The translations under genes were made by a program, and so were the position numbers. This document shows positions 22,801 to 34,847 of a stretch of 64,000 nt of DNA, piece by piece (positions within the stretch are counted from its first letter, which is position 1; every line of letters begins with the position of its first letter). This DNA is from Piromyces finnis finn (lineage: Eukaryota > Fungi > Neocallimastigomycota), in the NCBI GenBank assembly GCA_002104945.1, contig MCFH01000052.1, forward strand, positions 1 through 64,000, given 5' to 3'. A model generated the notes under the pieces. That model ran no database searches. It saw nothing but the letters and a program-made list of their open reading frames with translations, and was not told the origin of the DNA.

Positions 22801-25441
22801 AGCAGAAGATTCGCTAAAGACGTCCATATATGATTCTAATTCCTTCGGAAGTTTAGTAGTAGGATTTGAGTCTTTAAAAGAGTTTTTTGGTGAACAAGAA
22901 TCAACTTTAGAAAGAGATATATTAGAAGCCATGACAGTACAAGTCTCTTGTGATAAAGGATCGTTAACAGATTCATTGTTAATTAAGACAGATTTAGAAC
23001 GATTTTCTTTGGGATTACGAGAATGAGATAACTTAGAATTTGAAAAAGAAGATTTAGGTTTGTCAATAAAAATAGGCAAAGAAACGGAAGAAGAGTTATT
23101 GCAATCAGTAGAAAAAACAGAAGTTTCCTGATGGAATTCGGGAACATTCGAAGGGAGAGTCATACAATGATCCAAGCAATATGAAGAACCAAAGGATAAT
23201 TTATTATTTTCAAAGTCAATACTTGGATTATGTTCCTTAAGCCAACGTAGACCTAGAATACAAGGATATACAGGTAGATCAGTAACGTAAAAGACAGTAC
23301 GGCATAGGTGATCCATGTAGCGAAGATTAAGAAGTGGAGTAACTCCGAACAGTTTTTGGCTACCACCAATACCGAATACGTTGGGTAAATCTTCTTCATA
23401 GTGGTAGGGAATATTGTGATCGTTGCAATAGTCGACATCTATTAGATTAAGTGTAGAACCGGAGTCTATAAGAATTTTTGTGTCTAGTTCAAACGATAAT
23501 TTAAAATTTGAGGTTACCCTATCTTGTTGATTTTTCTTGGAATTGGTAGAATTATTTTGTAGAGAAACTAAAGATTCGAATGCTGAGTTTTTATTTCTTC
23601 TCTTATGACAATCTTTCAGTTGGTGTCCTGGAGATCCACAATAGACACATAAGTTTTCCTTACTTCTTCTTTCTTTTTCTTCCTTGGATAACGGACCAAA
23701 GTATCTTTTCTTCTTGGGATGTTCTTTTAGATTTGTGGAAGCCTTTCTGGAGCCATTGCTGGAATTAGAACTTGGTCCCTTAGTATTTTTGTCAAAAAAT
23801 AATCCCCTGGTAGCAAGTCTGGAGTCTATTCTAGCTGCAATAGTTTGGAGGGAAAACAAATCTCTTGGTCCTGGGAACATCTCTAATATCTTCATTGCAA
23901 CTTCTTGGTTGAGCCCAGCGATAAAAGCATCCATCTTAGCCTCTTCATTCCAGTTAGATTCATCAGAGTATTTGTTAAATTCAAGGATGTATCCTCTGAT
24001 GCCGCCCAAACGATGTTGCTTGAGAGTACGTAGCATTTGATTGGCTACGTAGACTGCATCATTGTTCCCGTAGAATGCCTTTAGTCTTTCCTTGAATGCT
24101 TGGTAGTTGGTCAGACATGGATCATGGTTGTCAATAAGCGTAGCGGCCCAATTTAATGCATTTCCATAAAGGCGAGAAATCAGGTAGATAACCTTGCTCT
24201 CTTCATCTTGATATCTTTCGGGATAAAGGAGAAAAACAAGTTCTATTTTGGCTAAGAAACCTTTGAGATATTTTCTGTCTCCTGCGAAACCGTCTTTTAG
24301 TGAGGCGTTATCAAATATTTGTCCTTCCATTAAAATTAAAAAAATATAATTGTTTGAAAATAAAAATTATGTAAATAAGATAAAGTTATGTTTGAAGAAA
24401 TTAAGAAAGAAAAAAAAAATTAAATCTTTATTATTATTTATTGATTAAAATATTTTAAATATAGACAAAGAGTCAAATTAAATAGTATTGGACCATCAAA
24501 TATTTAATTTTATTAGTATTCAATACTAGGTCCCTTGTAGCTCTTTGTTGATAACGTAGATATTATCAATTGTTAATATTGGAAATGAAAATTTTCAATA
24601 AAAGGAATTAACGGTATTAGTTTCTTTATTGTCACTTACTTAATTAAGCGGAAAGAAAAAAAATAGGTTTAATTCCCCGATTATTAATAATATCTAAACA
24701 ACAAAGTATTACGTATAGGTGTCCAACTATCCACGCTAAGGGAGGTATTGAATCCTAACTTCTTTGTTATTTTAATATTTTTTCAAAAATAATAAATAAA
24801 ATTTAATTTTATTTATTAAAAGTAGAAAACGTTTTATTAGAAAAAGAATTTTTTCTTTATTATTAAATTAAGCGTCCTGGCGCTCCCCTTATAATAACTG
24901 TGGGTTTTACTTTTGTTTTCAGTACCCTTATTGTTAAAATAAGCTTCACTGACTTACTTAATTTTTTAATAAATTAAAAATTCTTCCTTTTTTAAACACT
25001 AAGGTGTTATTATATATTTTAGGAGTTTTTATTGTAAAGAACTAATGTTCAATAAATAAAAACACAAATATATAAAAAGGAAAATAATAAAAGCAAATAA
25101 AAATTTTATTATTGAACACTTAACAAAATTATAACAGGTTAGTGTTTAATAATTTTATTTTTATTATAAAATTTCTTTGTTAATAAAAACTCGAATTCAA
25201 AATAATTTTTTGAGAAATTTCACTCGTATTTATATAAATGTTTTTAAAAGTAAATTTATAAAAATTTTACAACTTAATTTTTTAAGCCAATCAGAAATTA
25301 TCTTCTTTGGTAAAATTTCGTTATAAAATATTTTAATAATTAAAAAAAAGATATTAATGAGGTTTCGAACTCGAGTAGTTCAAACCAAGGTCTTAGTTAC
25401 TAACCACTAAGACAGGTTACTAATTTCTATGATTCGTTACA
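19313..25441 (-). mobile_element. Ty3/Gypsy chromovirus element 2 (LTR family E), intact, TSD CCCAA, inserted in gag of element 3
   Basis: 409-bp LTRs at 19313-19721 and 25033-25441, identical by eye. CCCAA at 19308-19312 and 25442-25446. PPT GGAGGAGGACCA next to 19722. Confidence 0.97.
19966..24330 (-). CDS. Element 2 Gag-Pol polyprotein, 1454 aa, with C-terminal chromodomain
   Basis: CCHC knuckle CVYCGSPGHQLKDC, LIDSGST, YIDDLI, RNase H, HHCC/DDE integrase, and chromodomain EYEVEEILDKR..YLIKWKGY..SWEPESNL. Confidence 0.97.
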   Translation of the reverse strand: MEGQIFDNASLKDGFAGDRKYLKGFLAKIELVFLLYPERYQDEESKVIYLISRLYGNALNWAATLIDNHDPCLTNYQAFKERLKAFYGNNDAVYVANQMLRTLKQHRLGGIRGYILEFNKYSDESNWNEEAKMDAFIAGLNQEVAMKILEMFPGPRDLFSLQTIAARIDSRLATRGLFFDKNTKGPSSNSSNGSRKASTNLKEHPKKKRYFGPLSKEEKERRSKENLCVYCGSPGHQLKDCHKRRNKNSAFESLVSLQNNSTNSKKNQQDRVTSNFKLSFELDTKILIDSGSTLNLIDVDYCNDHNIPYHYEEDLPNVFGIGGSQKLFGVTPLLNLRYMDHLCRTVFYVTDLPVYPCILGLRWLKEHNPSIDFENNKLSFGSSYCLDHCMTLPSNVPEFHQETSVFSTDCNNSSSVSLPIFIDKPKSSFSNSKLSHSRNPKENRSKSVLINNESVNDPLSQETCTVMASNISLSKVDSCSPKNSFKDSNPTTKLPKELESYMDVFSESSAAQLPPHRPYDCQINLIENAKLFYGPIYPLTDEETRVLKDYIDENLKKGFIRKSKSPAGAPVLFVPKKNGELRLCQDYRELNKITIRDSYPLPLIQDMLEHLGKAKIFSKLDLRSAYNLVRIKKGDEYKTAFTCKFGHFEYLVMPFGLKNAPAVFQHFINDVLENILGIFVYSYIDDLIIFSENHKSHIKHVIEVLDRLRNAGLYAKLEKCEFFVSSIDFLGHRISSEGIHMDPNKVSAIINWPVPSSVKEVQSFIGLANYYRRFIPNFAKVAQPLHRLLRKNVKFDFSSEALDAFNTIKSLISSAPILSHPNRDLPFIVETDSSNFAIGAVLSQKSPDDKMIHPVAFYSRSLTSAERNYPIYDKELLAIVNALETWRHFLKGALTPFTIYSDHRNLLYQKKPEKMSQRLVRWALFLSEFNFKILYRSGSSNGKPDALSRRPDYMDSSLPSDAPFSVLRPENFCALICSISSLNDEILSEYVNDSFYIDICNFLENKNLPAPHPQSNKFSLSNSFLLFDSRIYVPLKCRPSVLKLCHDSPSAGHFGIRKTISLISRDFWWPSISIDVKNYIRSCEICCRSKPSRHKPYGLLQPLEISDHPWASISMDFITDLPPSDGFNTILVVVDRLTKMCHLIPFKGIPSASDTAFAFLNYIFKIHGLPSEIISDRGAQFTSKFWKSICQSLDVNVKYSSPYHHQSNGQTERVNSVVEQYLRCFSNYKGTNWINFLPLAEFSYNNAVQDSTKFSPFFLNYGYHPKYSPVIPDQTNVPRAEEFTRDFEDLMEKLKENLKKAIQVQKKYADKYRQEPPTFKTGDKVWLDSSLIIHKGNKKFNPRKLGPFRIISKISNLTYKLELPKSLKIYPIVHVSNLEPYYEDSFGRIKDPPPPIIVNEEEEYEVEEILDKRKHYGKIQYLIKWKGYPLSEASWEPESNLNCDELIKNFNNSH

Positions 25442-25446
25442 CCCAA

Positions 25447-28400
25447 CTTCAATTGAACAATTGATTTCTTCAACTATTTTAATTGAAGATATGATGAAAA
25501 GGAATTCTTTAAGTGAATTTTATTTTAATGGTAGAAGGGCTAATGATCCTATGGATGTGGATGTATTTAAAATTAGTAGAGAGAATAAACGAAAAAGGTA
25601 TGTGAATATTCAAGGATCAAGTAAAAATTACAATGAAAACATAGATAACTTTGAAGAAGAAAAGAAAAAAGGGTTATGTTTTCTTTGTAAACAACCGGGA
25701 CATTTAAAATTTAATTGTCCTAATAGAGTAAATCCCAGAAAAGTGTTAAGAATTGTTAAAGAAAGGACTCCAAAAATTGTTAATCCAAAAATTTACAAAG
25801 TTGGAGTCAAGGGAGTGAAAAGTGATTTAAACCTTGTGGATTTTTACTTGAGTACCAATGAAGTTTCGGAAGTTAAAATTAAGGTTTTAATTGATTCCGG
25901 TTCTGAATTAAATTTCATTAATCCAAGTCTTGCTGAAGACCTTGGTATTAATTTGGAAAAAGTAGAACCATTCCGTGTATCTGGTGTTAGTGATGGAGTT
26001 GTTAGTGTTTGGGAAAGGACTGAGAAGTGCATGCTCCGTTGCAAAAATCACTTCGAAGTAATTCAACTTTATGGATTACAAGTCCCCGGTGTTGATGTTA
26101 TTCTTGGTTTGCCGTGGATAAAGAAGCATAATCCAAATGCTTTCTACGACTCTAAGAAAATCGCTTTTAGTTCTGGTTATTGTGCCAGACATTGTAATAA
26201 AGGCAAAAGAAAGAGAAAACCAAGAAAGAAGTCAAAGAATGATCAGTTAGATCATGATGTTCTCGACCGAAGCTTGACCAAAAAGCCGAAAGTAGATCCC
26301 TCTGTCCCAAAAAATGAAGAAAAAGAATATGTTAAAGGCCGCCTTGTTAGAACCATCAATGATGAAGATGATAGCGATGATGAATATATTAGTTTTAATA
26401 AAAAAGTTAAATGTATTGTAACAAAAATTAATGAAACATGTAATAATGATAACGAATCATGTAGTAATAATAATAATAATGGAAAAGATATTAATAAAGA
26501 TAAATTGGTCGCCGTACCAACCCAATATTTAGAATTTAGTGAAGTGTTTAATGAAAAAAATTGTGAAGTGTTACCTCCTCATAGATCTTATGATTGTGAA
26601 ATCAAACTTAAAGATGATTCGACTTTATTTTATGGACCTTTGTATCCATTAACTGAAGTTGAAAGAGAGGAACTTAAAAAATATATTGATGATAATTTAA
26701 ATAAAGGTTTTATTAGGAAATCATCGTCTCCTGCTGGTGCCCCAATTTTATTTGTTAAAAAAAAGGATGGCTCCCTAAGACTTTGTATCGATTATAGAAA
26801 GTTGAATGATATTACCATTCGTAATTCATATCCTTTACCTTTAATTAGTGACCTTTTGGATAGGGTGAAAAATGCTAAGATTTTTACTAAATTAGACCTT
26901 AAATCCGCTTATAATCTTGTTCGTATTAAAGAAGGTGACGAATACAAAACGGCTTTTCGTACTAGATATGGTCATTTTGAATATCTGGTTATGCCTTTTG
27001 GATTAAAGAATGCACCTGCAACTTTTCAACACTTCATTAACGATGTCCTTAGTGACTATTTAGACGATTTTGTTATCTCATATATTGACGATATTCTTAT
27101 TTATTCTAATAATATCGAAGAACATCATGAGCATGTTAAAAAGGTACTTAAGAAACTACTTGAAAATAATCTTTATGTTAAATTAGAAAAATGTGAGTTT
27201 GATGTTGAGAAAACCACTTTTCTTGGTTATGTCATTTCAAAGGATGGATTGCAAATGGATGAAAATAAAGTTAAAGCAATTCTCGATTGGCCGGTTCCCA
27301 AGAATGTTAAAGAGGTTCAGTCTTTTATTGGTTTATGCAATTATTACAGAATTTTTATTAAAGACTTTGCTAAAATTGCAAACCCTCTTCACAAACTCAC
27401 TAGAAAGAATGTTGCTTTTAACTGGGTGAAAGAAGATCAGGACGCTTTTATTTTATTAAAAACTTTGTTCACGTCAGCTCCTATTCTGAAACATGCGGAT
27501 AGTAATAAACAATTTATTGTTGAAACTGATGCTAGTAATTATGCTGTCGGTGCTATTCTCTCTCAAGAGTTTGACGGCAAATTACATCCCATTGCATTTC
27601 TTTCTAAAAGTTTGACGAGTTGTCAAAGAAACTATCCTATATATGACAAGGAACTCTTAGCTATTATAGTTGCTCTTGAAGAATGGCGTCATTACTTAGA
27701 GGGTGCACGCCATCAGTTCATAATTTATACCGATCACAAGAACTTAACATTTCCTAGAAAACCTGAAATGTTATCTCAGAGACAAATTAGATGGAATTTG
27801 TTCTTATCCAGATTTGACTTTAAACTCATCTATAGAGCTGGAAAGAAATCTGGAAAGCCTGACATTCTGTCTCGTAGAAGTGATCATTTAGTGAATGATA
27901 TTAACTCTAATGTTTCTTGTCTTACAATTTCACTTCATCATAGCGATAACAAACCTTTAATAGATTCTATTTTATCAGAACTTAAAAATGACGATTTGTA
28001 CAATTCCATTGTTCAATTTAAAATGAATGGTTCTACAAGTAATGCACCTATTAAAAACATTGATAAAGTTATTATTGATGGTGAAGGATTTTTGTTATTT
28101 AACAATCTTATTTATGTTCCTAAATCTCTTAGGACTAGAGTTTTAGAACTCCATCATGATTCTGTTGCTGCTGGCCATTTCGGCATTAAGAAAACCGTTG
28201 AACTTATTTCAAGAAACTTTTGGTGGCCAAGATTTCATTCAGATGTTAAATCCTTTATTAAATCTTGCGTGACTTGTTGCAAATCCAAAGTCCCTAGACA
28301 TAAGCCTTATGGTTTGTTATCCCCTTTGGACACTCCTAGTAGGCCTTGGTCTGATATCTCTATCGACTTTATTGTTGATCTTCCTAAGTCCAGAGATATG

Positions 28401-29507
28401 ACTACACTTATGGTTGTTGTCGATAGATTTACTAAATTTGCTCACGCCATTCCTTTACGTTGTCTTCCTACTGCTTCGATTGCTGCTGATGCTTTTATTG
28501 CCAATGTCTTCCGTTTGCATGGTCTTCCTAATTCCATCATTTCTGATAGAGGCTCGCAATTTACTTCTGATTTCTGGTCAAGACTTTGTGACCTTCTTAA
28601 TATCAATCATTCATTGTCAACTGCTAACCATCCGCAGACAGATGGTCAAACGGAGAGGGTGAACGGCATATTAGAACAATATTTCCGTTGTTTTATCAAT
28701 AAGAAGCAGAATAACTGGGTTGATCTTATTCCATTTGCTGAATTTGCATATAATAACACTTTACAGCAATCTATAAATCAATCCCCATTCTTTGCTAATT
28801 ATGGTTTTCATCCAAAGTTCAGCTTGGAAATCCCGGCTAATGATAGACCTAGTAGAGCTGAACAAAGAGTAATTAATATGAATAAAAACTTTAAATTATT
28901 AAAAGAAAGCTTAGAAAAAGCAAAAGAAACATATAAGAAATATGCCGATATGAAAAGAATGAGTCCCCCGGAATTTGAAGTGGGAAAGAAGGTATGGTTA
29001 TTGAAAGATTCTCCGGGAACTAACTTGAAGAAGAAATTAGCACCTCAAATGCTTGGTCCATTTGAGATAATTGGAAAAGTTAGTTCTCTTGCTTTCAAAT
29101 TGAAACTTCCAAAGACAATGAGATGTCATCCAGTCTTTCATGTTTCATTGTTAGAACCATACTTTGAAAACAAGTTTAACGACAGGTCTAATCGTAGGAA
29201 GAGGAACATTCACCTTAACACAGATTTAATTGAAAAAATTCCAGAGAAAATTGAAAAGATGAAATCTGTTAATGGTGAAACATTTTATAAGTTATCATGG
29301 AAAGGATTTGACAAATCCACTTGGATTTCTGAAGATCAGATTCCAGATAAACAATTAATACAAGAGTTTGAAAGAAACTCTAAAAAGTCAAAATATAAGT
29401 CGAACGACTCCTCCATGAAAATTAGAAAGAATAAAGTTGGTAATCTAATCAAGCACAGATACCAACCATTTGTAATTGAAATTCCTTCGAGAAAAGATTC
29501 CTTATAA
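25447..29507 (+). CDS. Element 3 Gag-Pol remainder (knuckle, PR, RT, RH, IN, divergent chromodomain-like tail)
   Basis: CFLCKQPGHLKFNC, LIDSGSE, YIDDIL, ETDASNYAVG, HDSVAAGH..CVTC, and tail FYKLSWKGFDKSTWISEDQI. Confidence 0.95.
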
Positions 29508-31062
29508 ATTAATCTCGCAGGAGCTCGACTTAGAGAGAGAGATTGTAAAGATATCAAACGCCTCTGTTTGATATCTTTAATGTAACTTAAGCCACAAGTA
29601 TTATTGTTTAAGTTACACAAATTATATTCAGAAAAAGAAAATGAGACATAATTTATTTATTAATAATTAAAGTTTAAAACAAAATAAATTATTAGTTTAT
29701 TTTTAATGTTTAACAAGTAAATTAATATTCTCAATTTAAATCCCTAGTTTTAGTATTTTTTTTTCATAGAAATAAATAAATAATAAATGATTAATATATC
29801 AATAATACATGGGCACATATTCAAATTGAATAGTACTTAATTTGAATTGCCAATTGTATTTTACTAAAAATAGTTATAGTTTAAATATTTATTAATAATT
29901 AAGATTTTAGTGTAGATTTTAAATAATAATATATAAGAAATAAATAGTTATAATATAATATAAATGTATTTAGGAAAAATATAAATAGAAGATATTTTTC
30001 ATCATTTTATCGATGTAATTGTTATTATTAAAATTCTATTATAATAAAAGATATTTTTAATAAAACAATTTTTTATTTTTATTTTAAATTTAGTGTTATT
30101 GTAATAGAATAGATATCCTAATCTATTCTTTCTGTGTCGCCATTACAACAATATAATTACTTATTGATAACTCAATATTAAAATTTAATATTAAATTATA
30201 TGTATATAGAAAGAAAAAAAATAATAAAAAATTAAATATAGAATTAAGATTAGAACTTAGCGAGTTTATTATAAGGATTTATAATAAACAACAAAAACAC
30301 AAATGGGAAGGAGGATAAGAGTGAGATGTATTAAAATTATGTTTTAATAATATGTTTTTTATTAAAATAGAATTATTTGTTATTTATTATAATTAATTTT
30401 TTTCTTATAATAATAACTCTTGAATTTCTAAAGAATTTCAAGAGTGTCTTATTTATATTTTTATTAGAAATTAAGGTTAAATAAATGGGTTCTAATCTTA
30501 ACAAATTAAATGTTTAGGAAAAGACTAGAAGAAAAACCTAAACAAGTTTTCGACCAATATTCTAATCATATTAGTCATCGTGTAAATTTTAAGTAAAACC
30601 AATTATAATAATCGGGAAAACCTTAAAATACCGATTTCCTAAAGTAAATCCGTGTTTAGATATAATATGTAAATTAATTAGTAATACACAATTAAATTAC
30701 AGGATTCTTATATATAAATATTATTTAAAAATCAAATGTATAAAATATTATTTAACTAAATAAATTAAATAAATAAATTAAGTGCATAAAATATTATTTA
30801 ACTAAATAAATTAAATAAATAAATTAAGTGCATAAAATATTATTTAACTAAATAAATTAAATAAATAAATTAAGTGTATAAAATATTATTTAACTAAATA
30901 AATTAAATAAATAAATTAAGTGCATAATTATTATTTAACTAAATAAATTAAATAAATAAATTAAGTGTATAGAATATTATGTAACTAAATAAATAAATAA
31001 ATTATTAAACTAATAAGAAATATTAATTATTTAGATTGAAATAATTATTATTTCTTACATTT

Positions 31063-31683
31063 TGATAACGGATTGGTAGTTATATTATAACTTTTTAACT
31101 ACTTCTTCTGTTATCTTATATTGTTTTATCTCGACAGCTATTGTACGAGCTTTAACAATATCTACTAGTTTTATTAATTTATTTTAAGTTATTTTATAAT
31201 TTTAATAGTTTTATTATTTTAATAATATTTATATAGAATAATAACACCAGATTTATTCTATAAAATATTATTTATTATTAACACAATAATTACAAATTAG
31301 ACAAGTTTAATTTCGTTTTTATATTTTCTTTTATTTATTGTTCTTACGCTCTTTTTAACAATAATTTTTATTATATAAAAACTTATTTTTTGTCTTTTAA
31401 ATATTATTATGTATTCACTAATTAATTATATTAACTATTATTAAAATTTAACTTATTATTAGTAATCTAAGTCTCTCATTTTCTACTAAAAATTATTATT
31501 ATTCTTTATATTAAAAATTATTTTTATAATTTAACCCAATCAAATATATAAATTTATAAAATATTTGATTTTATGTAAATTATATTTTTATAATAAACTA
31601 TATAAAATTATTTAATAATTATTTTATAATAAAATTTTCTACTAATATCAAATTTATAATATATTTATAATTATTATTTATCA
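31063..31683. repeat. Solo LTR family F, copy 1 (TGATAAC...TTATCA)
   Basis: 621 bp, colinear with 38638-39257. TG..CA termini, followed by ATTT. Confidence 0.8.
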
Positions 31684-31687
31684 ATTT

Positions 31688-33013
31688 TGATATAAAATGA
31701 ACCTAAAAACCTTAATTAATAATATAATTGAATATTACTATAAATGTTATATAAGCATAAAATAATGTAATATTGGAATAGATTATAATATAGTTTTTAG
31801 TACATTTTATTTAGTACATTAATGTATTTATCATATTTTTATAATCATGTGATAAATTAAAGTATTTATAGTAATTATAGTATTTAATATAAACAGATAA
31901 ACAAACAAACTTTATAGTTAGATTTTGATATAAATTAGTAGAAAATATAGTAAATTAGTCTCTATCTAAGAATATAATAGTTAGGAGAAGATATTCTTAA
32001 GATCATATAATATTAAGTATGTATTTGAATAATTTATAAATAAAGTATATAAGTCAACCCACAAATCCTGAGTGTATTGAACCGAATTGTATCAATTGGT
32101 GGAGATATCGGTCTCAGGGAGGGATGAGAACTTATATCAAATTTTTTTTTAGTTTATTATAAGTTTTGTTATTTTTTTAGTAAAATATTGGATTATGATT
32201 ATAATGAAGATATAAGAAGAAGTTGTAGAAGATATCGAAGTATAATATAATGACAATATATTTATCAACCTATATATATATATACAATATATATATTATT
32301 TAAGTAGCTAAATTGGAAAATTTAAGCTAAAATTGCATTCCTATAACCAAGAACTCAAGAGAAATCTTAAAGAGAAAAATCCATAATGAAATAACCATTC
32401 TAGGAGTTTCTATAGTTAATATGCTAATGGAGCTACCAGAAAACCAATTATAGACTTTATTTCTGGATTTAATACAGAATACAAGCAAATTGCTATAATT
32501 AAGACAAAAATGCTAAGAAGAGGTTTAAATTTGAAGATAAAAATATAATAAATTCATACCTTTGTCATGATCAACTTGGACAAGTTGAATTTTAAGGAGG
32601 GAGATATGATATAAAATGAACCTAAAAACCTTAATTAATAATATAATTGAATATTACTATAAATGTTATATAAACATAAAATAATGTAATATTGGAATAG
32701 ATTATAATATAGTTTTTAGTACATTTTATTTAGTACATTAATGTATTTATCATATTTTTATAATCATGTGATAAATTAAAGTATTTATAGTAATTATAGT
32801 ATTTAATATAAACAGATAAACAAACAAACTTTATAGTTAGATTTTGATATAAATTAGTAGAAAATATAGTAAATTAGTCTCTATCTAAGAATATAATAGT
32901 TAGGAGAAGATATTCTTAAGATCATATAATATTAAGTATGTATTTGAATAATTTATAAATAAAGTATATAAGTCAATCCACAAATCTTGAGTGTATTGAA
33001 CCGAGTTGTATCA
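31688..33013 (+). mobile_element. Miniature non-autonomous LTR element (TRIM-like, family G): 407-bp LTRs, 512-bp non-coding interior, tRNA-Ala-type PBS, PPT
   Basis: LTRs at 31688-32094 and 32607-33013 (TGAT..ATCA, at least 4 transitions apart). PBS TGGTGGAGAT from 32097. PPT AAGGAGGGAGATA at 32594-32606. ATTT on both sides. Confidence 0.88.
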
Positions 33014-33071
33014 ATTTTGATACAATAGAAAAATATTATCTTAATTCTATAAATGAATATAGAAAAAGTGA

Positions 33072-34046
33072 TGTGAAGATATTAAGTGGATTTAAAACAA
33101 ATTCAGATAATATCTATAATTAATTAAACATAATAATTAGAATTAAATGATCCCAATAATTATTTTGAAACACCTTTAAAAGTCACCTTTTAAATTTTGA
33201 TTCAGTGAAAGGGTTATGATTTCAAAAATTTAATATCAATACACTATAACCCTTAACCAAAAATAAACAAACACGAAACAAGGCGTAACTCGCCAAAAAC
33301 GATCGCTACGGCTGTAAGTGCTACGGCTATGAAACCAGGTTTATTAGAAAGCTTAAGGAAAAAGCTATATTTTGGTACAATCGCGGTCCTTCTAACTGGT
33401 CATTTAAGGAAGATATGGTCATTTGAAGATTTTAATAGGTAAATTAAAATTAATATGATATCAAGTATGGATCATAGACATTTCTTATGACTTGACGAAA
33501 AATTAAAAAGATATCAATATAGAAATTTTAATTATATTAATTTAATTAATGATAGTGACTGTTACTAAAAATAGAACTAAACCATTTAGGTGTAACAGTT
33601 AACATTTATAAATTAAATAATTCTAATTATTATAAATTAGGTTAACGGATCAAGTGTTTAAATGATTAATCATATGTTTATTTCATTTTATGTCATGACA
33701 AAACAAACAAACAAACAAACAAACAAGCAATCTTATTATGTTATTAATATATTACATGTAATACTTTATTTTTATCAATTTAATAATCTGAACAAAGAAT
33801 ATAAATTAGAATGAATTGAATTCGATTTTAATTCTTTGTAAAGATTATAGTTATAATCTTAATTATATAGTTATTAAATATATTATCATTTATATTATTA
33901 TTACTAAATAAATAAAATTTTATAAAAAAAAGTTATTCTAAAGAATAAATATTAATTTTTCATTTGGAAGTTTAAAGTGTTATTTTATATTTAAATTTAA
34001 TTTCTTAAAAAACATATTTACTATATAATTGATAACATTCTGACCT
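33072..34046. repeat. Solo LTR family I (inverted relative to 4169-5141, end truncated)
   Basis: Reverse complement match including GCTACGGCTGTAAGTGCTACGGCT and AACATTCTGACCTG. Confidence 0.88.
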
Positions 34047-34543
34047 GATATCACTTAACAAGTGATAATATTTGTATCTAAAAAAAAAAATAAAAAAAAA
34101 TAAAATAAATGAAAATAGAATAAATGATTTTTATACTTGTTCATTTGCAAGTATTAGTTAATGTTTAAAAATATAAAGTTTATTTAATTATAAAATTATA
34201 TCATTATTTAATAACTCTAGTATTATTAAATAAAAAAATGTATGTTTTATATTCTAATTTTCAGGGATTATTAGTAACCCTTTTAAAAATAAGTTTTATT
34301 ATAAAATCATTTTTGAATTTAATATTTAAAAATATATATCTAATTTTTCGCTCTGGATTATTAGGAACATCTTTTAAAATAAAGTAATTCTATCACTATT
34401 TATACAAAATTATTATTTTAAAGTATAATTATAAACAAATATAAACTATTTAATTTAAAAATAAGTAAACAATTAAATAAACAAAAAGTTTACAATTTAA
34501 TAATTTTATACATGTTAATTATTTTAGTTTTTAACTATCTGTG

Positions 34544-34847
<304 letters not shown>

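Larger units (their letters stand above)
17778..30147 (+). mobile_element. Ty3/Gypsy element 3 (LTR family D), full length, TSD ACAAT, inserted in the 5' LTR of element 1
   Basis: 604-bp LTRs at 17778-18381 and 29544-30147, identical by eye. ACAAT at 17773-17777 and 30148-30152. PPT AGAGAGAGAGAT at 29532-29543. Confidence 0.97.
12279..31059 (-). mobile_element. Ty3/Gypsy element 1 (LTR family C), full length, TSD TTTTG; its 5' LTR is split by element 3
   Basis: 3' LTR 12279-13319; 5' LTR 17737-17777 plus 30153-31059. TTTTG at 12274-12278 and 31060-31064. PPT AAAAGGGG adjacent to 13320. gag-PR-RT-RH-IN in three frames. Confidence 0.96.

Noticed and set aside
13680-29620. Small overlapping or antisense ORFs within the gag-pol genes
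   Set aside because: Shadow frames of long coding regions with no recognisable motifs.
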